Assembly (NCBI GenBank): GCA_032250895.1
Contig: JAVVEZ010000001.1
Coordinates: 31,831-95,830 of the forward strand
Origin: Pseudomonadales bacterium
GTDB lineage: Bacteria > Pseudomonadota > Gammaproteobacteria > Pseudomonadales > Pseudohongiellaceae
Reading direction: 5' to 3'
Length of the DNA stretch: 64,000 bases
The notes below the pieces were generated by a model. That model was not told the DNA's origin and ran no database searches. It was given only the letters and a program-made list of their open reading frames with translations. Both the position numbers and the translations under genes were made by a program. Shown piece after piece: positions 1-13,227 of this stretch (its first letter is position 1; each line of letters opens with the position of its first letter).

Positions 1-1235
1 CGTGGACGCCCGATTTTAAAGGGATTGCTGATCATTTCGTGCCAGTGGGCCACCCAGCCAGGGGTTCTGCCGGTGGCAAAAATAACAGTGAAGAGATTGG
101 TGGGGATGCCAATGGCTTTCAGGATAATGCCGGAGTAGAAATCCACATTGGGATAAAGGTTGCGTTCTATGAAGTATTCATCTTCGAGGGCGATCTTCTC
201 CAGTTTGACGGCAATCTTCAACAAGGGATCATCTTCCATGCCCAGTTCTTCCAGAACGTTCTGTGAGGCTTCGCGCAGCACTTTGGCGCGCGGGTCAAAA
301 TTCTTGTAAACCCGGTGTCCGAAGCCCATCAGCTTGAAAGGGTCGTCCTTGTCCTTGGCTTTTGCAATGAACTTGCCAATGTTCGATTCATCGCCAATCT
401 GGCCAAGCATCTTCAGCACGGCTTCATTGGCGCCGCCGTGGGCAGGCCCCCACAAAGCGGTAATGCCGGAGGAAATGCAGGCGTAGGGATTGGCGCCGGT
501 GGAACCGGCCAGGCGTACGGTGGAGGTGGAGGCGTTCTGTTCGTGATCGGCATGCAGCAGAAAAATCTTGTCCATGGCATCGGCGAGGATGGGGCTGGCT
601 TCGTAGTTTTCACAGGGTGTACCGAACATCATATGCAGAAAGTTGGCACTGAAGTCCAGGTCATTGCGTGGATACATGAAGGGTTGGCCGATGGAGTATT
701 TGTAGCACATGGCGGCCAGGGTCGGCATTTTGGCAATCAGGCGCAGCGCGGCAACCTTGCGATGCTGTTCATTATCGATGACCAGTGCATCATGGTAGAA
801 AGCCGATAATGCACCGACGACTCCCACCATGATGGACATGGGGTGTGCCTGTCGTGGAAAGCCGTTGAAAAAGTGATGAATCTGCTCGTGCACCATGGTG
901 TGGTAGCGGATGTTGTTGACGAATTCCGCCTTTTCCTCGGTGCTCGGCAACTCACCATTGAGCAGAAGGTAGCAGCATTCGAGATAATCGGACTTTTCAG
1001 CCAGTTGTTCGATGGGATAGCCGCGATACAGCAAAACCCCTTTGTCACCGTCAATATAGGTAATTTTGGATTCACAGGAGGCAGTGGACATGAACCCCGG
1101 ATCAAAGGTGAATATGCCCTTGGCGGTAAGTCCCCGGACATCGACTACATCCGGGCCCAGGGAGGCCTCGTAGACAGGTAACTCCAGGGTTTCATTGACG
1201 CCATCAACGGACAACTGAGCTTTTTTCTCAGTCAT
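1..1235 (-). CDS. gltA: Citrate synthase (type II); the C-terminal end is cut off by the left window edge
   Basis: Absent from the ORF track because it runs off the edge. Hand translation of the minus strand from CAT at 1233-1235 gives [72 protein letters not shown]..., and later [17 protein letters not shown]. Colinear with enterobacterial GltA. Divergent from sdhC as in the classical arrangement. Confidence 0.93.
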   Translation of the reverse strand, partial: MTEKKAQLSVDGVNETLELPVYEASLGPDVVDVRGLTAKGIFTFDPGFMSTASCESKITYIDGDKGVLLYRGYPIEQLAEKSDYLECCYLLLNGELPSTEEKAEFVNNIRYHTMVHEQIHHFFNGFPRQAHPMSIMVGVVGALSAFYHDALVIDNEQHRKVAALRLIAKMPTLAAMCYKYSIGQPFMYPRNDLDFSANFLHMMFGTPCENYEASPILADAMDKIFLLHADHEQNASTSTVRLAGSTGANPYACISSGITALWGPAHGGANEAVLKMLGQIGDESNIGKFIAKAKDKDDPFKLMGFGHRVYKNFDPRAKVLREASQNVLEELGMEDDPLLKIAVKLEKIALEDEYFIERNLYPNVDFYSGIILKAIGIPTNLFTVIFATGRTPGWVAHWHEMISNPFKIGRP

Positions 1236-1591
1236 AGGGACTCCTTATAGATTATTTTGACAACATGTGAGGAACGAGTGCGGACAACCCACCCTGATAC
1301 AGAGCGGCAACACTATCCGGTGAGACCTGAATTGTCAAATAAGCTGACAGCCGCTTTGGCATGATTGCCATTATTCGTATTTCGATTAGAGCAGAACGGT
1401 CCTGAAAGACGATAGACGGATTTTGGGGAAGGCGCCGAAATGAGGCGAACCTGACCCTTTTGAACTTCTCATCTGAAGGAATCCTGAAGGCAGGAGCGCC
1501 ATGTCCGAAGCTGAAATCTTCAGAAATCCGGCGGAAAATAGTTACTAATCCCGCTATTTTTAAGGCATAATATGGCCTATTTTTGGCTGCT

Positions 1592-1641
1592 GGAGACCTT
1601 TATAGGGAACTTGATAAGTTTTTATCAAATTCTGGGTCTCC
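1592..1641. promoter_or_regulatory. Nested inverted repeat just upstream of sdhC: GGAGACC (1592-1598) / GGTCTCC (1635-1641) enclosing the perfect palindrome TTGATAA-GTTT-TTATCAA (1611-1628). Candidate operator or 5'-leader hairpin.
   Basis: Read directly from the sequence. Lies in the 500-bp gltA/sdhC divergent control region, about 100 nt upstream of the likely sdhC start. Confidence 0.25.
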
Positions 1642-1737
1642 TGAGTGGTAATGCTTCCTCCAAAGCTGGCAACTCCTTACGTGACGGCCAGGGGCGGGGG
1701 TCTGAAAACTTGCAAACAGGAAGGCTGTGATAACGCT

Positions 1738-2121
1738 GTGAAAGATAAAAGGCCTGTCAATCTGGATTTGGGCACCATTCGTTTACCTCTGGCTGCGTAC
1801 ACGTCGATACTCCACCGGATCTCAGGTGTGATTGTGTTTATCGGTATTGCCATTCTGCTCTGGTTGTTTGATCTGTCCCTGGGTTCCGAGGACGGCTTCA
1901 ATACCATCAGGCAGACTCTCGATTCGTTCATGGCCCGGCTTGTTCTTTGGGGCATCCTCTCTGCGCTGGCCTACCATCTCGTCGCCGGAATCAGACATTT
2001 ATTGATGGACATGGGTATTGCCGACGGCAAGGCATCCGGTACGAACAGTGCCCGGCTGGTTGTGGTGGTTGGCATCTTGCTGATTCTTGTTCTGGGAGGG
2101 TGGTTATGGCCGGCCGTGTAA
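1738..2121 (+). CDS. sdhC: Succinate dehydrogenase cytochrome b556 subunit
   Basis: ORF 1645-2121. Homology to SdhC starts at VKDKRPVNLDLGTIRLPLAAYTSILHRISGV, so an in-frame GTG at 1738 is the likely start (1645/1651 are alternatives). Three TM helices. First gene of sdhCDAB. Confidence 0.85.
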   Translation: MKDKRPVNLDLGTIRLPLAAYTSILHRISGVIVFIGIAILLWLFDLSLGSEDGFNTIRQTLDSFMARLVLWGILSALAYHLVAGIRHLLMDMGIADGKASGTNSARLVVVVGILLILVLGGWLWPAV

Positions 2122-2483
2122 GCAGTGTAAGCAGCCTGGGTCGCAGCGGCTTGTATGACTGGATGGTGCAGCGGGTCTCTGCTGTGTTGATGCTGGCCTA
2201 CATCCTGTTTCTGGTGATCGTGCTGGTCAGGACGCCGGACATGCAGTATGCCGACTGGCAGGCCATCTTTGCGCTGACCTGGGTGAAAATTTTCAGTCTC
2301 ATCACGCTGCTGGCACTGTGTGCCCATGCCTGGGTCGGCATGTGGACGATTGCAACAGATTACCTGACTGGCGCCATGTTGGGTTCTGCGGCGACTTGCA
2401 TTCGTTTTGGGTTTCAAAGTGCTTGCCTGATTGTGCTGCTTGCCTATTTTGTCTGGGGCGTGCAGATTCTATGGAGTGTATAG
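2106..2483 (+). CDS. sdhD: Succinate dehydrogenase hydrophobic membrane anchor subunit
   Basis: In-frame ATG at 2106 inside ORF 1947-2483 (MAGRVSSVSSLGRSGLYDWMVQRVSAVLMLAYILFL...). Overlaps the sdhC stop. Three TM helices. Position is between sdhC and sdhA. Confidence 0.8.
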   Translation: MAGRVSSVSSLGRSGLYDWMVQRVSAVLMLAYILFLVIVLVRTPDMQYADWQAIFALTWVKIFSLITLLALCAHAWVGMWTIATDYLTGAMLGSAATCIRFGFQSACLIVLLAYFVWGVQILWSV

Positions 2484-2486
2484 ATC

Positions 2487-4259
2487 TTGGCTAAAATCAG
2501 AACGCTTTCCTTTGACAGTGTGATCGTGGGCGGCGGTGGCTCCGGCCTGCGTGCCGCTCTTCAGCTTTCCCAGTCGGGTTACCGGACCGCCGTTATCTCG
2601 AAGGTTTTCCCCACCCGCTCTCATACGGTTTCAGCCCAGGGGGGCATCACCTGTGCCATCGCCAGTGAAGACCCCAATGATGACTGGCGCTGGCATATGT
2701 ACGATACGGTCAAGGGCTCCGATTATATCGGTGACCAGGACGCCATCGAATACATGTGCAGCGAGGGCCCGCAATCGGTTTTCGAACTCGAACACATGGG
2801 GCTGCCGTTTTCCAGAAACGAGTCCGGTCGCATCTATCAGCGTCCCTTTGGCGGACAGTCGAAAAATTTCGGCAAGGGCGGGCAGGCTGCCCGTACCTGT
2901 GCGGCAGCTGACAGAACCGGCCATGCCCTGCTGCATACCCTGTATCAGGCCAATCTGAAAAATGAGACCACCTTTCTCAATGAATGGTATGCCACCGATC
3001 TGGTCAGGAACCAGGATAGCGTTGTGGTCGGTGTCATTGCCCTGTGCATCGAAACGGGTGAAACCGTGTATGTGAAATCCAAGGCGACTGTTTTTGCCAC
3101 CGGCGGAGCCGGCCGGATCTATGCCTCGACCACCAATGCGCTGATCAATACCGGTGACGGCATCGGCATGGCCCTGCGGGCCGGTTTCCCGGTTCAGGAT
3201 ATTGAAATGTGGCAGTTCCATCCCACCGGTATTTATGGGGCGGGAACCCTGATAACGGAAGGCAGCCGTGGCGAAGGAGGTTACCTCATCAACAAGGATG
3301 GCGAGCGTTTCATGGAACGTTATGCGCCCAATGCCAAGGATCTTGCGGGACGGGATGTGGTGGCGCGCTCGATGATCCTGGAAATTCTGGCGGGCAGGGG
3401 TTGTGGTCCGGAGGCCGACCATGTGCTGTTGAAACTGGATCATCTGGGAGAAAAAGTACTGAACGAGAAACTGCCAGGCATTCTCGATCTTTCACGCACC
3501 TTTGCCCATGTCGACCCGGTCAGGGAAGCCATTCCGGTCATCCCCACCTGTCACTATATGATGGGTGGTATTCCAACCAATGTACATGGACAGGCCATCA
3601 CCCAGGATGCCAATGGCAATGACCGCATTATCGAGGGCTTGTTTGCCTGTGGTGAAGCCGCCTGTGTGTCGGTGCATGGCGCCAATCGGCTGGGGGGCAA
3701 TTCGCTGCTGGATCTGGTGGTTTTTGGTCGCGCCACCGGTATTCATATCGAAAAAATGCTCAGTCAGGGTCTCGAACAGCGTGAAGCGGCCGATACTGAT
3801 ATAGACCAGGCCATGACGCGCCTGAACCGGCTCAATACTCGTTCCGGCGGCGAGAGCGTGGCGGGGCTGAGAAAGGAACTGCAGGCGATCATGCAGAGTC
3901 ATTTCGGGGTATTCCGCCGGGGTGACTTCATGCGCGAAGGTATAGAAAAGCTGAAAGAACTGCGTGGACGCACCGCCAATATCAAGCTGGAAGACAAGAG
4001 CATGACCTTCAACACTGCCCGGATCGAGGCCCTGGAACTTGAAAACCTGTTTGAAGTGGCGGAAGCCACGGCCATTGCTGCGGAAGGCCGCGAAGAGAGC
4101 AGGGGCGCCCATGCCAGGGAGGATTTTACCGAGCGTGATGATGTCAACTGGCTGTGCCATTCATTGTATTTTCCGAGCGAAAAAAGACTGGCTAAACGTG
4201 CCGTGAATTTTGCACCCAAAACAGTCGCCAAATTTGAGCCAACGATACGAAGCTATTGA
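2487..4259 (+). CDS. sdhA: Succinate dehydrogenase flavoprotein subunit
   Basis: 590 aa. Has the FAD-binding [14 protein letters not shown] and HTVSAQGGI (covalent-FAD His), plus [10 protein letters not shown] and the usual C-terminal domain. TTG start at 2487. Confidence 0.97.
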   Translation: MAKIRTLSFDSVIVGGGGSGLRAALQLSQSGYRTAVISKVFPTRSHTVSAQGGITCAIASEDPNDDWRWHMYDTVKGSDYIGDQDAIEYMCSEGPQSVFELEHMGLPFSRNESGRIYQRPFGGQSKNFGKGGQAARTCAAADRTGHALLHTLYQANLKNETTFLNEWYATDLVRNQDSVVVGVIALCIETGETVYVKSKATVFATGGAGRIYASTTNALINTGDGIGMALRAGFPVQDIEMWQFHPTGIYGAGTLITEGSRGEGGYLINKDGERFMERYAPNAKDLAGRDVVARSMILEILAGRGCGPEADHVLLKLDHLGEKVLNEKLPGILDLSRTFAHVDPVREAIPVIPTCHYMMGGIPTNVHGQAITQDANGNDRIIEGLFACGEAACVSVHGANRLGGNSLLDLVVFGRATGIHIEKMLSQGLEQREAADTDIDQAMTRLNRLNTRSGGESVAGLRKELQAIMQSHFGVFRRGDFMREGIEKLKELRGRTANIKLEDKSMTFNTARIEALELENLFEVAEATAIAAEGREESRGAHAREDFTERDDVNWLCHSLYFPSEKRLAKRAVNFAPKTVAKFEPTIRSY

Positions 4260-4999
4260 TAACTATTTCTGAATCAGCCAAAGGTAAAAGTACTGTGCTA
4301 GTAAGTATTTACCGTTATAACCCGGAAACGGACAAGGAACCCTGGATGCAGGACCTTCAGGTAGAGCTACCCGTGGGGCGTGACCTGATGGTGCTGGATG
4401 TATTGCAGCAGCTGAAAGACAAGGACCCCAGCATTGCCTATCGGCGTTCCTGCCGCGAGGGGGTATGCGGATCGGACGGTATGAATATGAACGGCCGTAA
4501 TGGTCTGGCCTGCATCACGCCAGTATCGAGTATCGTCAAGAATGGCAAACTGGTCCTGCGGCCCTTGCCGGGGCTTCCTGTCATTCGGGATCTGGTGGTG
4601 GATATGAATGCGTTTTACCGGCAGTACGAAAAAATAAAACCCTATCTGCAGAATGACACGCCGGCACCGGCAATAGAACGCTTGCAGTCACCGGAGGAGC
4701 GGGCAAAGCTGGACGGTCTTTACGAATGCATCCTGTGCGCCTGCTGTTCCAGCAATTGTCCGTCATTCTGGTGGAATCCGGACAAGTTTGTCGGGCCGGC
4801 GGGCTTGCTGCAGGCGTATCGCTTTTTGATTGACAGCCGTGATACCCATACTGACGAACGTCTGGCCGATCTGGAAGACCCCTTCAGCGTATTTCGTTGC
4901 AGGGGCATCATGAACTGTGTTGCCGTTTGTCCGAAAGGGCTGAATCCGACACGGGCCATTGGCCATATTCGCAGCATGCTGCTGGAAAGGGGCATCTGA
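4256..4999 (+). CDS. sdhB: Succinate dehydrogenase iron-sulfur subunit
   Basis: Contains [45 protein letters not shown] and [17 protein letters not shown] (three Fe-S cluster motifs). Start is uncertain: TTG 4256 overlapping the sdhA stop, or in-frame GTG 4295. Confidence 0.95.
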   Translation: MITISESAKGKSTVLVSIYRYNPETDKEPWMQDLQVELPVGRDLMVLDVLQQLKDKDPSIAYRRSCREGVCGSDGMNMNGRNGLACITPVSSIVKNGKLVLRPLPGLPVIRDLVVDMNAFYRQYEKIKPYLQNDTPAPAIERLQSPEERAKLDGLYECILCACCSSNCPSFWWNPDKFVGPAGLLQAYRFLIDSRDTHTDERLADLEDPFSVFRCRGIMNCVAVCPKGLNPTRAIGHIRSMLLERGI

Positions 5000-5028
5000 A
5001 CAGGCAGGATAAATCGCCATAAGGAATA

Positions 5029-5054
5029 CTTTACAGAATGATAAGTCTGTAAAG
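5029..5054 (+). terminator. Short AT-rich hairpin between sdhB and sucA (CTTTACAGA-N8-TCTGTAAAG followed by TTT). Possible attenuator or partial terminator.
   Basis: Perfect 9-bp inverted repeat read from the sequence. Enterobacteria also have a processing/termination site between the sdh and suc genes. Confidence 0.3.
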
Positions 5055-5094
5055 TTTCGGGTAGAGTCTGAAATACACAAGAGGATAGAGATAG

Positions 5095-7941
5095 ATGCAG
5101 GACAACCTCAGGGAAATAATGTTACGAAGTGGACATATTTCCGGCAGCAATCTGGACTATGTGGAGGGACTCTACGACGCCTATCTGAGCGATCCCAAAT
5201 CAGTCTCTGAGGAATGGCGCCGGTATTTTGCCGGGTTGCCACTCGTCAACGGTGGTCTACCCGAAGTTTCCCATGCAAGAATTGTCGAACAGTTCAAGGG
5301 CTTGCCGAAAAGGGGAATGACCAACCTGGGCCAAAGTGTCCCCAACAGCAAGTTGCCTGGCAGCCTGGAACATGAAGCCAAACAGGTCAATGTCGTACAA
5401 CTGATCAGTTCCTATCGGGTGCGTGGGCATCAACATGCCAATCTCGATCCGCTGGGCCTGATGCCCCGTGAAAATGTGCCTGATCTGGAACTTGAGTTCC
5501 ATCACCTGTCGGAAGCGGACCGCTCGACCATGTTCAGGACTCAGCCGCTTTTCATCCCGCAGAAAGCGGCACCGCTGGCGGAAATCATCTCTATCCTGGA
5601 GGATGTTTATTGTAATTCCATCGGCTATGAATACACCGGTATCGTTGATCTTTCGCAGAAACACTGGATACAGCGGCGAATTGAAAGCATCGGTGGCAAG
5701 CCGATTTTTTCGATGGCTACCCGCTTGCATATTCTTGAACGGCTGAGTGCGGCGGAAGGCCTGGAAAAACACCTGGACGGTAAATACCCAGGCACCAAGC
5801 GCTTTGGCCTCGAGGGTGGCGAAAGCCTGATCCATGCACTGGATGACATCATTCAACGTGCTGGTGAGCAGGGTACCAAGGAGATAGTCATTGGCATGGC
5901 CCACAGAGGGCGCCTGAATGTTCTGGTGAATACGCTGGGCAAGAATCCATCACAGTTGTTCGATGAATTTGAAGGACGGGCCAAGTACCTGAATTCAGGT
6001 GATGTGAAATATCACCAGGGTTTTTCCTCCAATGTCATGACGCCGGGTGGCGAAGTTCATTGCAGCATGGCCTTCAATCCGTCTCATCTGGAGATCGTAA
6101 CGCCGGTGATAGAAGGTTCCGTCAGAGCCAGGCAGGATCGCCGTAACGATCAGAGCGGTGAAACCGTGTTGCCAATTGCCATACATGGAGACGCGGCTTT
6201 CGCCGGGCAGGGGGTGGTCATGGAAACCCTGCAAATGTCGCAGACCAGGGCTTATAGCACGGGTGGAACGGTTCATATTGTCATCAACAATCAGGTTGGT
6301 TTTACCACCAGCCGTCAGGATGACTCCCGTTCCACGGAATACTGTACCGATGTGGCAAAAATGGTGCAATCGCCTATTTTTCACGTCAATGGAGATGATC
6401 CGGAAGCGGTTCTGTTTGTTACCCAACTGGCCCTGGACTTCCGGAATGAGTTCCGCAAAGACGTTGTGGTGGATCTTATCTGCTATCGGCGCAGAGGTCA
6501 CAATGAAACCGATGAACCGGCCTCTACGCAACCGTTGATGTACAGAACCATCCGTGCCCTGAAGACCACCCGAACTCTTTATGCCGAAAAATTGATATCG
6601 GAAGGCCTGATCAGTGAGCAACAGGCTGAAGACATGAACAAGAGTTACCGCAAGGCACTTGATGAAGGCACTCATGTGGTGAAAAGCCTGGTGCATGAAC
6701 CGAATACCGCCTTGTTTGTTGACTGGCGTCCCTATCTCGGGCACGACTGGACCATGCCCTGTGATACGACTGTGCATCTTGATCATCTGAAGAAACTGGC
6801 GGAAAAGCTGGTGGAATTGCCACCTGGCTTTACTGTAAACCGGCAGGTTGCCAGAGTTCTGGAGGATCGCGGCCGGATGGCCAGAGGTGAATTGTTGGTG
6901 GATTGGGGCTGTGCCGAGTTGCTGGCCTATGCCAGCCTGGTGGACAATAACTATCAGATACGTCTGACCGGGCAGGATGTGGGACGTGGCACTTTCTCAC
7001 ACAGGCACGCCGTGCTGCATGACCAGGAAAGCGGCGAGACCTTTGTTCCGCTGCAGACGCTGTCGCAAGCGCGCACCTTCGTCATCTACGATTCGATCCT
7101 CTCCGAAGAAGCGGTGCTGGCATTCGAATACGGTTATGCCACGACCCGGCCTGATGCCCTGGTGATCTGGGAAGCCCAGTTTGGCGATTTCGCCAATGGC
7201 GCCCAGGTGGTCATAGACCAGTTTTTGACCAGTGGCGAATACAAGTGGGAACGCCTGTGTGGTCTGACCTTGCTGTTGCCTCATGGTTACGAGGGGCAGG
7301 GGCCTGAACATTCTTCGGCGCGTCTGGAACGCTTCCTGCAATTGTGTGCGGAGAAAAACATTCAGGTCTGTATCCCCACCACACCTGCCCAGGTTTTCCA
7401 TATGCTGCGGCGCCAGATCATCCGGCCCCTGCGAAAACCGCTGATTGTCATGTCGCCCAAAAGTCTGTTGCGGCACAAAGAGGCGGTATCTTCACTGGAA
7501 GAACTGGCGCATGGTTCTTTTTGCAATGTGTTGCCGGAGACGGACGAGCTTGTACCTAAGAAAGTCAAACGCATGGTTCTGTGCAGCGGCAAGGTTTACT
7601 ATGAACTGCGCGCCAAACGGCGGGAAGAAAATATCACGGATATTGCCATTGTCCGTCTTGAGCAATTGTATCCTTTTCCCGAAAACGAACTGGCAGAGGT
7701 ACTGGCCCCCTATACGGGCCTCAGGGATGTGGTCTGGTGTCAGGAAGAACCCCAGAATCAGGGAGCCTGGTATTCCAGCCAGCACCATATGCGCAACGTG
7801 ATTACCCAGTTCAATCCGCGCCTGATGCTGACCTATGCCGGCAGGGAGGCTTCTGCGTCTCCGGCGGCCGGGTATGCGGCTCTGCATATGGCCCAGCAGG
7901 AAAAATTGATCGGAGAGGCCTTGGCTCTGGATAAACGCTGA
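5095..7941 (+). CDS. sucA: 2-oxoglutarate dehydrogenase E1 component
   Basis: 948 aa, full-length colinear with SucA (e.g. [62 protein letters not shown]). Confidence 0.97.
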   Translation: MQDNLREIMLRSGHISGSNLDYVEGLYDAYLSDPKSVSEEWRRYFAGLPLVNGGLPEVSHARIVEQFKGLPKRGMTNLGQSVPNSKLPGSLEHEAKQVNVVQLISSYRVRGHQHANLDPLGLMPRENVPDLELEFHHLSEADRSTMFRTQPLFIPQKAAPLAEIISILEDVYCNSIGYEYTGIVDLSQKHWIQRRIESIGGKPIFSMATRLHILERLSAAEGLEKHLDGKYPGTKRFGLEGGESLIHALDDIIQRAGEQGTKEIVIGMAHRGRLNVLVNTLGKNPSQLFDEFEGRAKYLNSGDVKYHQGFSSNVMTPGGEVHCSMAFNPSHLEIVTPVIEGSVRARQDRRNDQSGETVLPIAIHGDAAFAGQGVVMETLQMSQTRAYSTGGTVHIVINNQVGFTTSRQDDSRSTEYCTDVAKMVQSPIFHVNGDDPEAVLFVTQLALDFRNEFRKDVVVDLICYRRRGHNETDEPASTQPLMYRTIRALKTTRTLYAEKLISEGLISEQQAEDMNKSYRKALDEGTHVVKSLVHEPNTALFVDWRPYLGHDWTMPCDTTVHLDHLKKLAEKLVELPPGFTVNRQVARVLEDRGRMARGELLVDWGCAELLAYASLVDNNYQIRLTGQDVGRGTFSHRHAVLHDQESGETFVPLQTLSQARTFVIYDSILSEEAVLAFEYGYATTRPDALVIWEAQFGDFANGAQVVIDQFLTSGEYKWERLCGLTLLLPHGYEGQGPEHSSARLERFLQLCAEKNIQVCIPTTPAQVFHMLRRQIIRPLRKPLIVMSPKSLLRHKEAVSSLEELAHGSFCNVLPETDELVPKKVKRMVLCSGKVYYELRAKRREENITDIAIVRLEQLYPFPENELAEVLAPYTGLRDVVWCQEEPQNQGAWYSSQHHMRNVITQFNPRLMLTYAGREASASPAAGYAALHMAQQEKLIGEALALDKR

Positions 7942-8000
7942 GCCGGGCAGATGCTGCAAACATTGATTACCATACAACTATAAACAGTAAGGGAACGGAT

Positions 8001-9239
8001 ATGTCCATTGAGATCAAAGCGCCTGCATTTCCTGAATCTGTGCCTGATGGCACTATTGCCACCTGGTATAAAAAGGCAGGCGAAGCTGTCACCCGCGATG
8101 AACTGCTGGTGGATATTGAAACCGACAAGGTTTTGCTGGAAGTGGTGGCTCCTGCTGATGGCGTGTTGAAAAGCATCACAAAAGATGCCGGTGAAATTGT
8201 TGTCAGTCATGAGCTTCTGGCGGTTCTCGAGGAGGGTGGGACAGTTGCAGCTACGACAGCGAGTCCCGCCAAGGCCGAGACAGGCAAGGCCGGTACGGAC
8301 AAAATGGAAGAAGAGGATAAGGCGGCTGCAGAAATACTGATGAGCCCGGCAGCCCGAAAGCTCATCGATGAACATGGCATCGATCCGGCCCGGGTCGCTT
8401 GTTCCGGCAAGGATGGTCGTATGACCAAGGAGGACGTGCTCGCCTTTCTTGATCAGACCTCAGCAGAACAAACAGGTAGTGTTGCGGTTTCGACAGCGGC
8501 ACCACTTGAGGCAAGGCCTCCCATGATGGGTAGTGATCGGCCAGAACAGCGTGTCGCCATGACACGCCTGCGGGCAAAGGTCGCTGAACGGCTTCTGCAA
8601 GCCACCCACAGCACAGCCATGCTGACGACCTTCAATGAAGTGAATATGCAGGAAGTCATGAATCTTCGAAGCCGCTACAAGGAAATGTTCGAGAAAAAAC
8701 ACGAGGGCGTCCGGCTCGGTTTTATGTCATTTTTTGTACGAGCCAGCGTTGAGGCCTTGAAACGCTTTCCGGCTGTGAATGCCTCCATCGACGGCAATGA
8801 CATGATCTACCATGGTTATCAGGATATTGGTGTTGCGGTTTCTTCTCCCAGAGGGCTGGTGGTGCCGGTGCTGCGTGATGCCGATACCCTTGGTTTTGCA
8901 GATATCGAACGTGCTGTCATGGACTATGGCATCAAAGCCAGGGACGGCAAGCTCGCCATTGAAGAAATGATGGGTGGCACCTTCACTATTTCGAACGGGG
9001 GTGTGTTTGGCTCTCTGCTTTCCACGCCCATCCTGAATCCGCCACAAACAGCCATTCTGGGCATGCACAAGATCCAGGATCGGCCCATGGCGGTGAATGG
9101 CGAAGTGCGAATACAGCCGATGATGTATCTGGCCCTGTCCTATGATCACAGAATGATCGATGGCCGCGAGGCAGTACAGTTTCTGGTCACTATCAAGGAA
9201 TTACTGGAAGATCCAGCCAGAATATTTTTAGAAGTTTAA
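8001..9239 (+). CDS. sucB: Dihydrolipoyllysine-residue succinyltransferase (E2 of the 2-oxoglutarate dehydrogenase complex)
   Basis: 412 aa. One lipoyl domain ([12 protein letters not shown]), an E3-binding domain ([14 protein letters not shown]) and a catalytic domain ending in DHRMIDG. Confidence 0.96.
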   Translation: MSIEIKAPAFPESVPDGTIATWYKKAGEAVTRDELLVDIETDKVLLEVVAPADGVLKSITKDAGEIVVSHELLAVLEEGGTVAATTASPAKAETGKAGTDKMEEEDKAAAEILMSPAARKLIDEHGIDPARVACSGKDGRMTKEDVLAFLDQTSAEQTGSVAVSTAAPLEARPPMMGSDRPEQRVAMTRLRAKVAERLLQATHSTAMLTTFNEVNMQEVMNLRSRYKEMFEKKHEGVRLGFMSFFVRASVEALKRFPAVNASIDGNDMIYHGYQDIGVAVSSPRGLVVPVLRDADTLGFADIERAVMDYGIKARDGKLAIEEMMGGTFTISNGGVFGSLLSTPILNPPQTAILGMHKIQDRPMAVNGEVRIQPMMYLALSYDHRMIDGREAVQFLVTIKELLEDPARIFLEV

Positions 9240-9257
9240 CCAGACGATCAGGAATAA

Positions 9258-10706
<1,449 letters not shown>

Positions 10707-10861
10707 GGGCTTGAGTTGTCCTGGGCAATTTTCTGCCTATGTCCAATGAATACCTGACCTTGCCCGTATCTTCGGGTGCGTCGATGCCAGGTATTTCCGG
10801 GCTGGGGCAGCTTGAAATTCCCGGTTCAGCCAGAAATTACAATCTGACGAAGGATGCATAA

Positions 10862-12028
10862 ATGAATTTACATGAATATCAGGCAAAACAATTGTTTGCC
10901 GACTACGGTCTGCCGGTTTCCACCGGCTTTGCCTGCGATACCCCGGAGGAAGCTGCCGCAGCCGCAGACCGCGTAGGCGGCAGCCGGTGGGTGGTCAAGG
11001 TCCAGGTGCATGCCGGTGGCCGGGGCAAGGCCGGTGGCGTAAAACTGGTTTCCAGCAAGGAAGAAATCAGGGATTTTGCCCGACAATGGCTGGGCAAGAA
11101 CATGGTGACCTATCAAACCGACAGGAACGGCCAGCCCGTGAGCAAAATTCTGGTTGAGTCATGCACGGATATTGCCCAGGAACTTTATCTGGGCGCAGTC
11201 GTCGATCGTACTTCCCGTCGTATCGTTTTCATGGCCTCTACCGAAGGGGGGGTGGAGATTGAAAAAGTAGCCCATGACACGCCCGAGAAGATCCTGAAGG
11301 CCACCATTGACCCACTTCTGGGTGCACAGCCCTATCAGGCTCGCGAGCTGGCCTTCAAACTGGGTTTGAGCGGGGACCAGATCAAGCAGTTTACGCGTAT
11401 TTTTTTGGGACTGGCCAAAATGTTTGAGGAATATGACCTGGCATTGCTGGAAATCAATCCACTGGTCATCACCGCACAGGGCAATCTCCACTGTCTGGAT
11501 GCCAAACTCAATATCGATGGCAATGCCTTGTTTCGCCAGCCCCGAATCCGGAATATGCATGATCCCAGTCAGGAAGATGAGAGAGAGGCCAATGCGGCCA
11601 GGTGGGATCTGAATTATGTGGCGCTGGATGGCAACATTGGTTGCATGGTCAATGGTGCAGGCCTGGCCATGGGTACCATGGACATCGTCAAACTGCACGG
11701 CGGGCAACCCGCCAATTTTCTGGATGTCGGTGGCGGTGCGACCAGGGAGCGTGTTTCTGAAGCCTTCAAGATCATTCTTTCCGACAGCAAGGTCAAGGCC
11801 GTACTGGTCAACATCTTCGGAGGCATCGTGCGTTGTGACCTCATCGCTGAAGGCATCATTTGTGCCGTCGAGGAAGTGGGTGTGAAAGTGCCGGTGGTGG
11901 TGAGGCTGGAGGGCAACAATGCCGATCGGGGAACCCGGGTACTGGCAGAAAGCGGCCTGAACATCATTGCCGCGAAGAATCTGACGGATGCAGCCGAACA
12001 GGTTGTCAAAGCAGCGGAGGGGCTATAA
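10862..12028 (+). CDS. sucC: Succinyl-CoA synthetase beta subunit
   Basis: 388 aa. Starts [19 protein letters not shown]; has the ATP-grasp domain and [18 protein letters not shown]. Confidence 0.97.
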   Translation: MNLHEYQAKQLFADYGLPVSTGFACDTPEEAAAAADRVGGSRWVVKVQVHAGGRGKAGGVKLVSSKEEIRDFARQWLGKNMVTYQTDRNGQPVSKILVESCTDIAQELYLGAVVDRTSRRIVFMASTEGGVEIEKVAHDTPEKILKATIDPLLGAQPYQARELAFKLGLSGDQIKQFTRIFLGLAKMFEEYDLALLEINPLVITAQGNLHCLDAKLNIDGNALFRQPRIRNMHDPSQEDEREANAARWDLNYVALDGNIGCMVNGAGLAMGTMDIVKLHGGQPANFLDVGGGATRERVSEAFKIILSDSKVKAVLVNIFGGIVRCDLIAEGIICAVEEVGVKVPVVVRLEGNNADRGTRVLAESGLNIIAAKNLTDAAEQVVKAAEGL

Positions 12029-12900
12029 TGAGCATTTTGCTGAACAAGGATACAAGGGTAATCTGTCAGGGTTTTACCGGTTCTCAGGGCACCTATCATT
12101 CCGAGCAGGCCATGGAGTACGGTACCAGAATGGTCGGTGGCGTGACGCCTGGCAAGGGTGGGCAGACCCATCTGGGACTGCCGGTATTCAATACGGTTTC
12201 AGAGGCGGTTCAGGAAACCGGCGCCGAAGCCACGGTCATCTATGTGCCGGCTCCCTTTTGCAAGGATTCCATCGTCGAGGCGGTCAATGCCGGTATAAGG
12301 CTCATCGTCTGCATTACCGAAGGCATACCGACCCTCGACATGCTGACGGTCAAGGTCAAATGCGACGAGATGGGCGTGCGGCTGATTGGTCCCAACTGCC
12401 CCGGCATCATTACCCCGGGCGAGTCAAAGATCGGTATCATGCCGGCCCACATCCATCTGCGGGGCAAGGTGGGGATTGTTTCCCGCTCGGGAACCCTGAC
12501 CTACGAGGCCGTCAAACAGACCACGGATTACGGCTTTGGCCAGTCCACCTGTGTTGGAATCGGAGGAGACCCCATTCCAGGATCCAGCTTTATCGACATT
12601 CTTGCCCTGCTGGAACAGGATGAGCAGACCGAGGCGATTGTGATGATCGGAGAGATCGGGGGAAGCGCCGAGGAAGAGGCAGCGGCCTTTATCAAGGAAC
12701 ACGTCAGCAAGCCGGTGGTCTCATATATTGCAGGGGTCACGGCGCCGGCAGGCAAGCGTATGGGGCATGCCGGGGCCATCATATCCGGTGGCAAAGGAAC
12801 CGCTGACGAGAAGTTTGCGGCCCTGCAGGCGGCGGGGGTGCTTACCGTGAGAAGTCTTGCCGAGATCGGCAATGGTCTGAAACGGGCGGCAGGCTGGTAA
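12028..12900 (+). CDS. sucD: Succinyl-CoA synthetase alpha subunit
   Basis: ATG at 12028 overlaps the sucC stop (TAATG). Sequence [27 protein letters not shown]..., [10 protein letters not shown], and the phospho-His loop [14 protein letters not shown]. The upstream part of track ORF 11860-12900 is a spurious extension. Confidence 0.96.
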   Translation: MSILLNKDTRVICQGFTGSQGTYHSEQAMEYGTRMVGGVTPGKGGQTHLGLPVFNTVSEAVQETGAEATVIYVPAPFCKDSIVEAVNAGIRLIVCITEGIPTLDMLTVKVKCDEMGVRLIGPNCPGIITPGESKIGIMPAHIHLRGKVGIVSRSGTLTYEAVKQTTDYGFGQSTCVGIGGDPIPGSSFIDILALLEQDEQTEAIVMIGEIGGSAEEEAAAFIKEHVSKPVVSYIAGVTAPAGKRMGHAGAIISGGKGTADEKFAALQAAGVLTVRSLAEIGNGLKRAAGW

Positions 12901-13227
12901 AGGCCTGATGGATGCCGTTTTTGGCTGGACCTGGAAAAAGAAAATTGAAGCGGATTTTGGGCGGGTTTTTTATCTCTCAGGAGGTTTAAACTGCCGCAAG
13001 TAGTATGTTATGCTCGCCAGCCAAACGGACTGCAAGAGGTATTCAGGGACATGATATTGATTGAAGACAGGAACGCTTGATACAGCCTATGGCAGGGTTT
13101 TCGCTGTTTTGACAAGCTGTTCTACCAAAGTGTTTTATGGGGATTAACTTAAGATTGGGCCTTGTCTTTGCCGGTTCTTCATTCTTGGCAAAGCTGGCCT
13201 GGTTTTTATGACAAAGTGGGATGACAC

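Noticed and set aside
1611-1628. Possible FNR/CRP-family box upstream of sdhC
   Set aside because: The half-sites TTGAT/ATCAA are separated by 8 nt, whereas the FNR consensus requires 4. It also does not match the CRP TGTGA-N6-TCACA consensus. It is kept only as an unassigned palindrome.
11860-12027. N-terminal extensions of track ORFs (sucD 11860-12027; also GMC copy 2 at 47580-47777, TonB_C protein at 42447-42602, sdhD at 1947-2105, sdhC at 1645-1737)
   Set aside because: The extensions overlap the preceding gene in another frame and carry no homology. Internal start codons coincide with the beginning of recognisable homology and with SD-like sequences or translational-coupling overlaps.
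13051-13066. Fur-box-like segments (ATGATATTGATTGAAG upstream of ttpB; also AATGATATCAATATAATATCA at 50932-50952 upstream of the TonB_C protein gene)
   Set aside because: Only partial resemblance to GATAATGATAATCATTATC by eye. AT-rich hexamers of this kind are common. A PSSM scan is needed before calling them.
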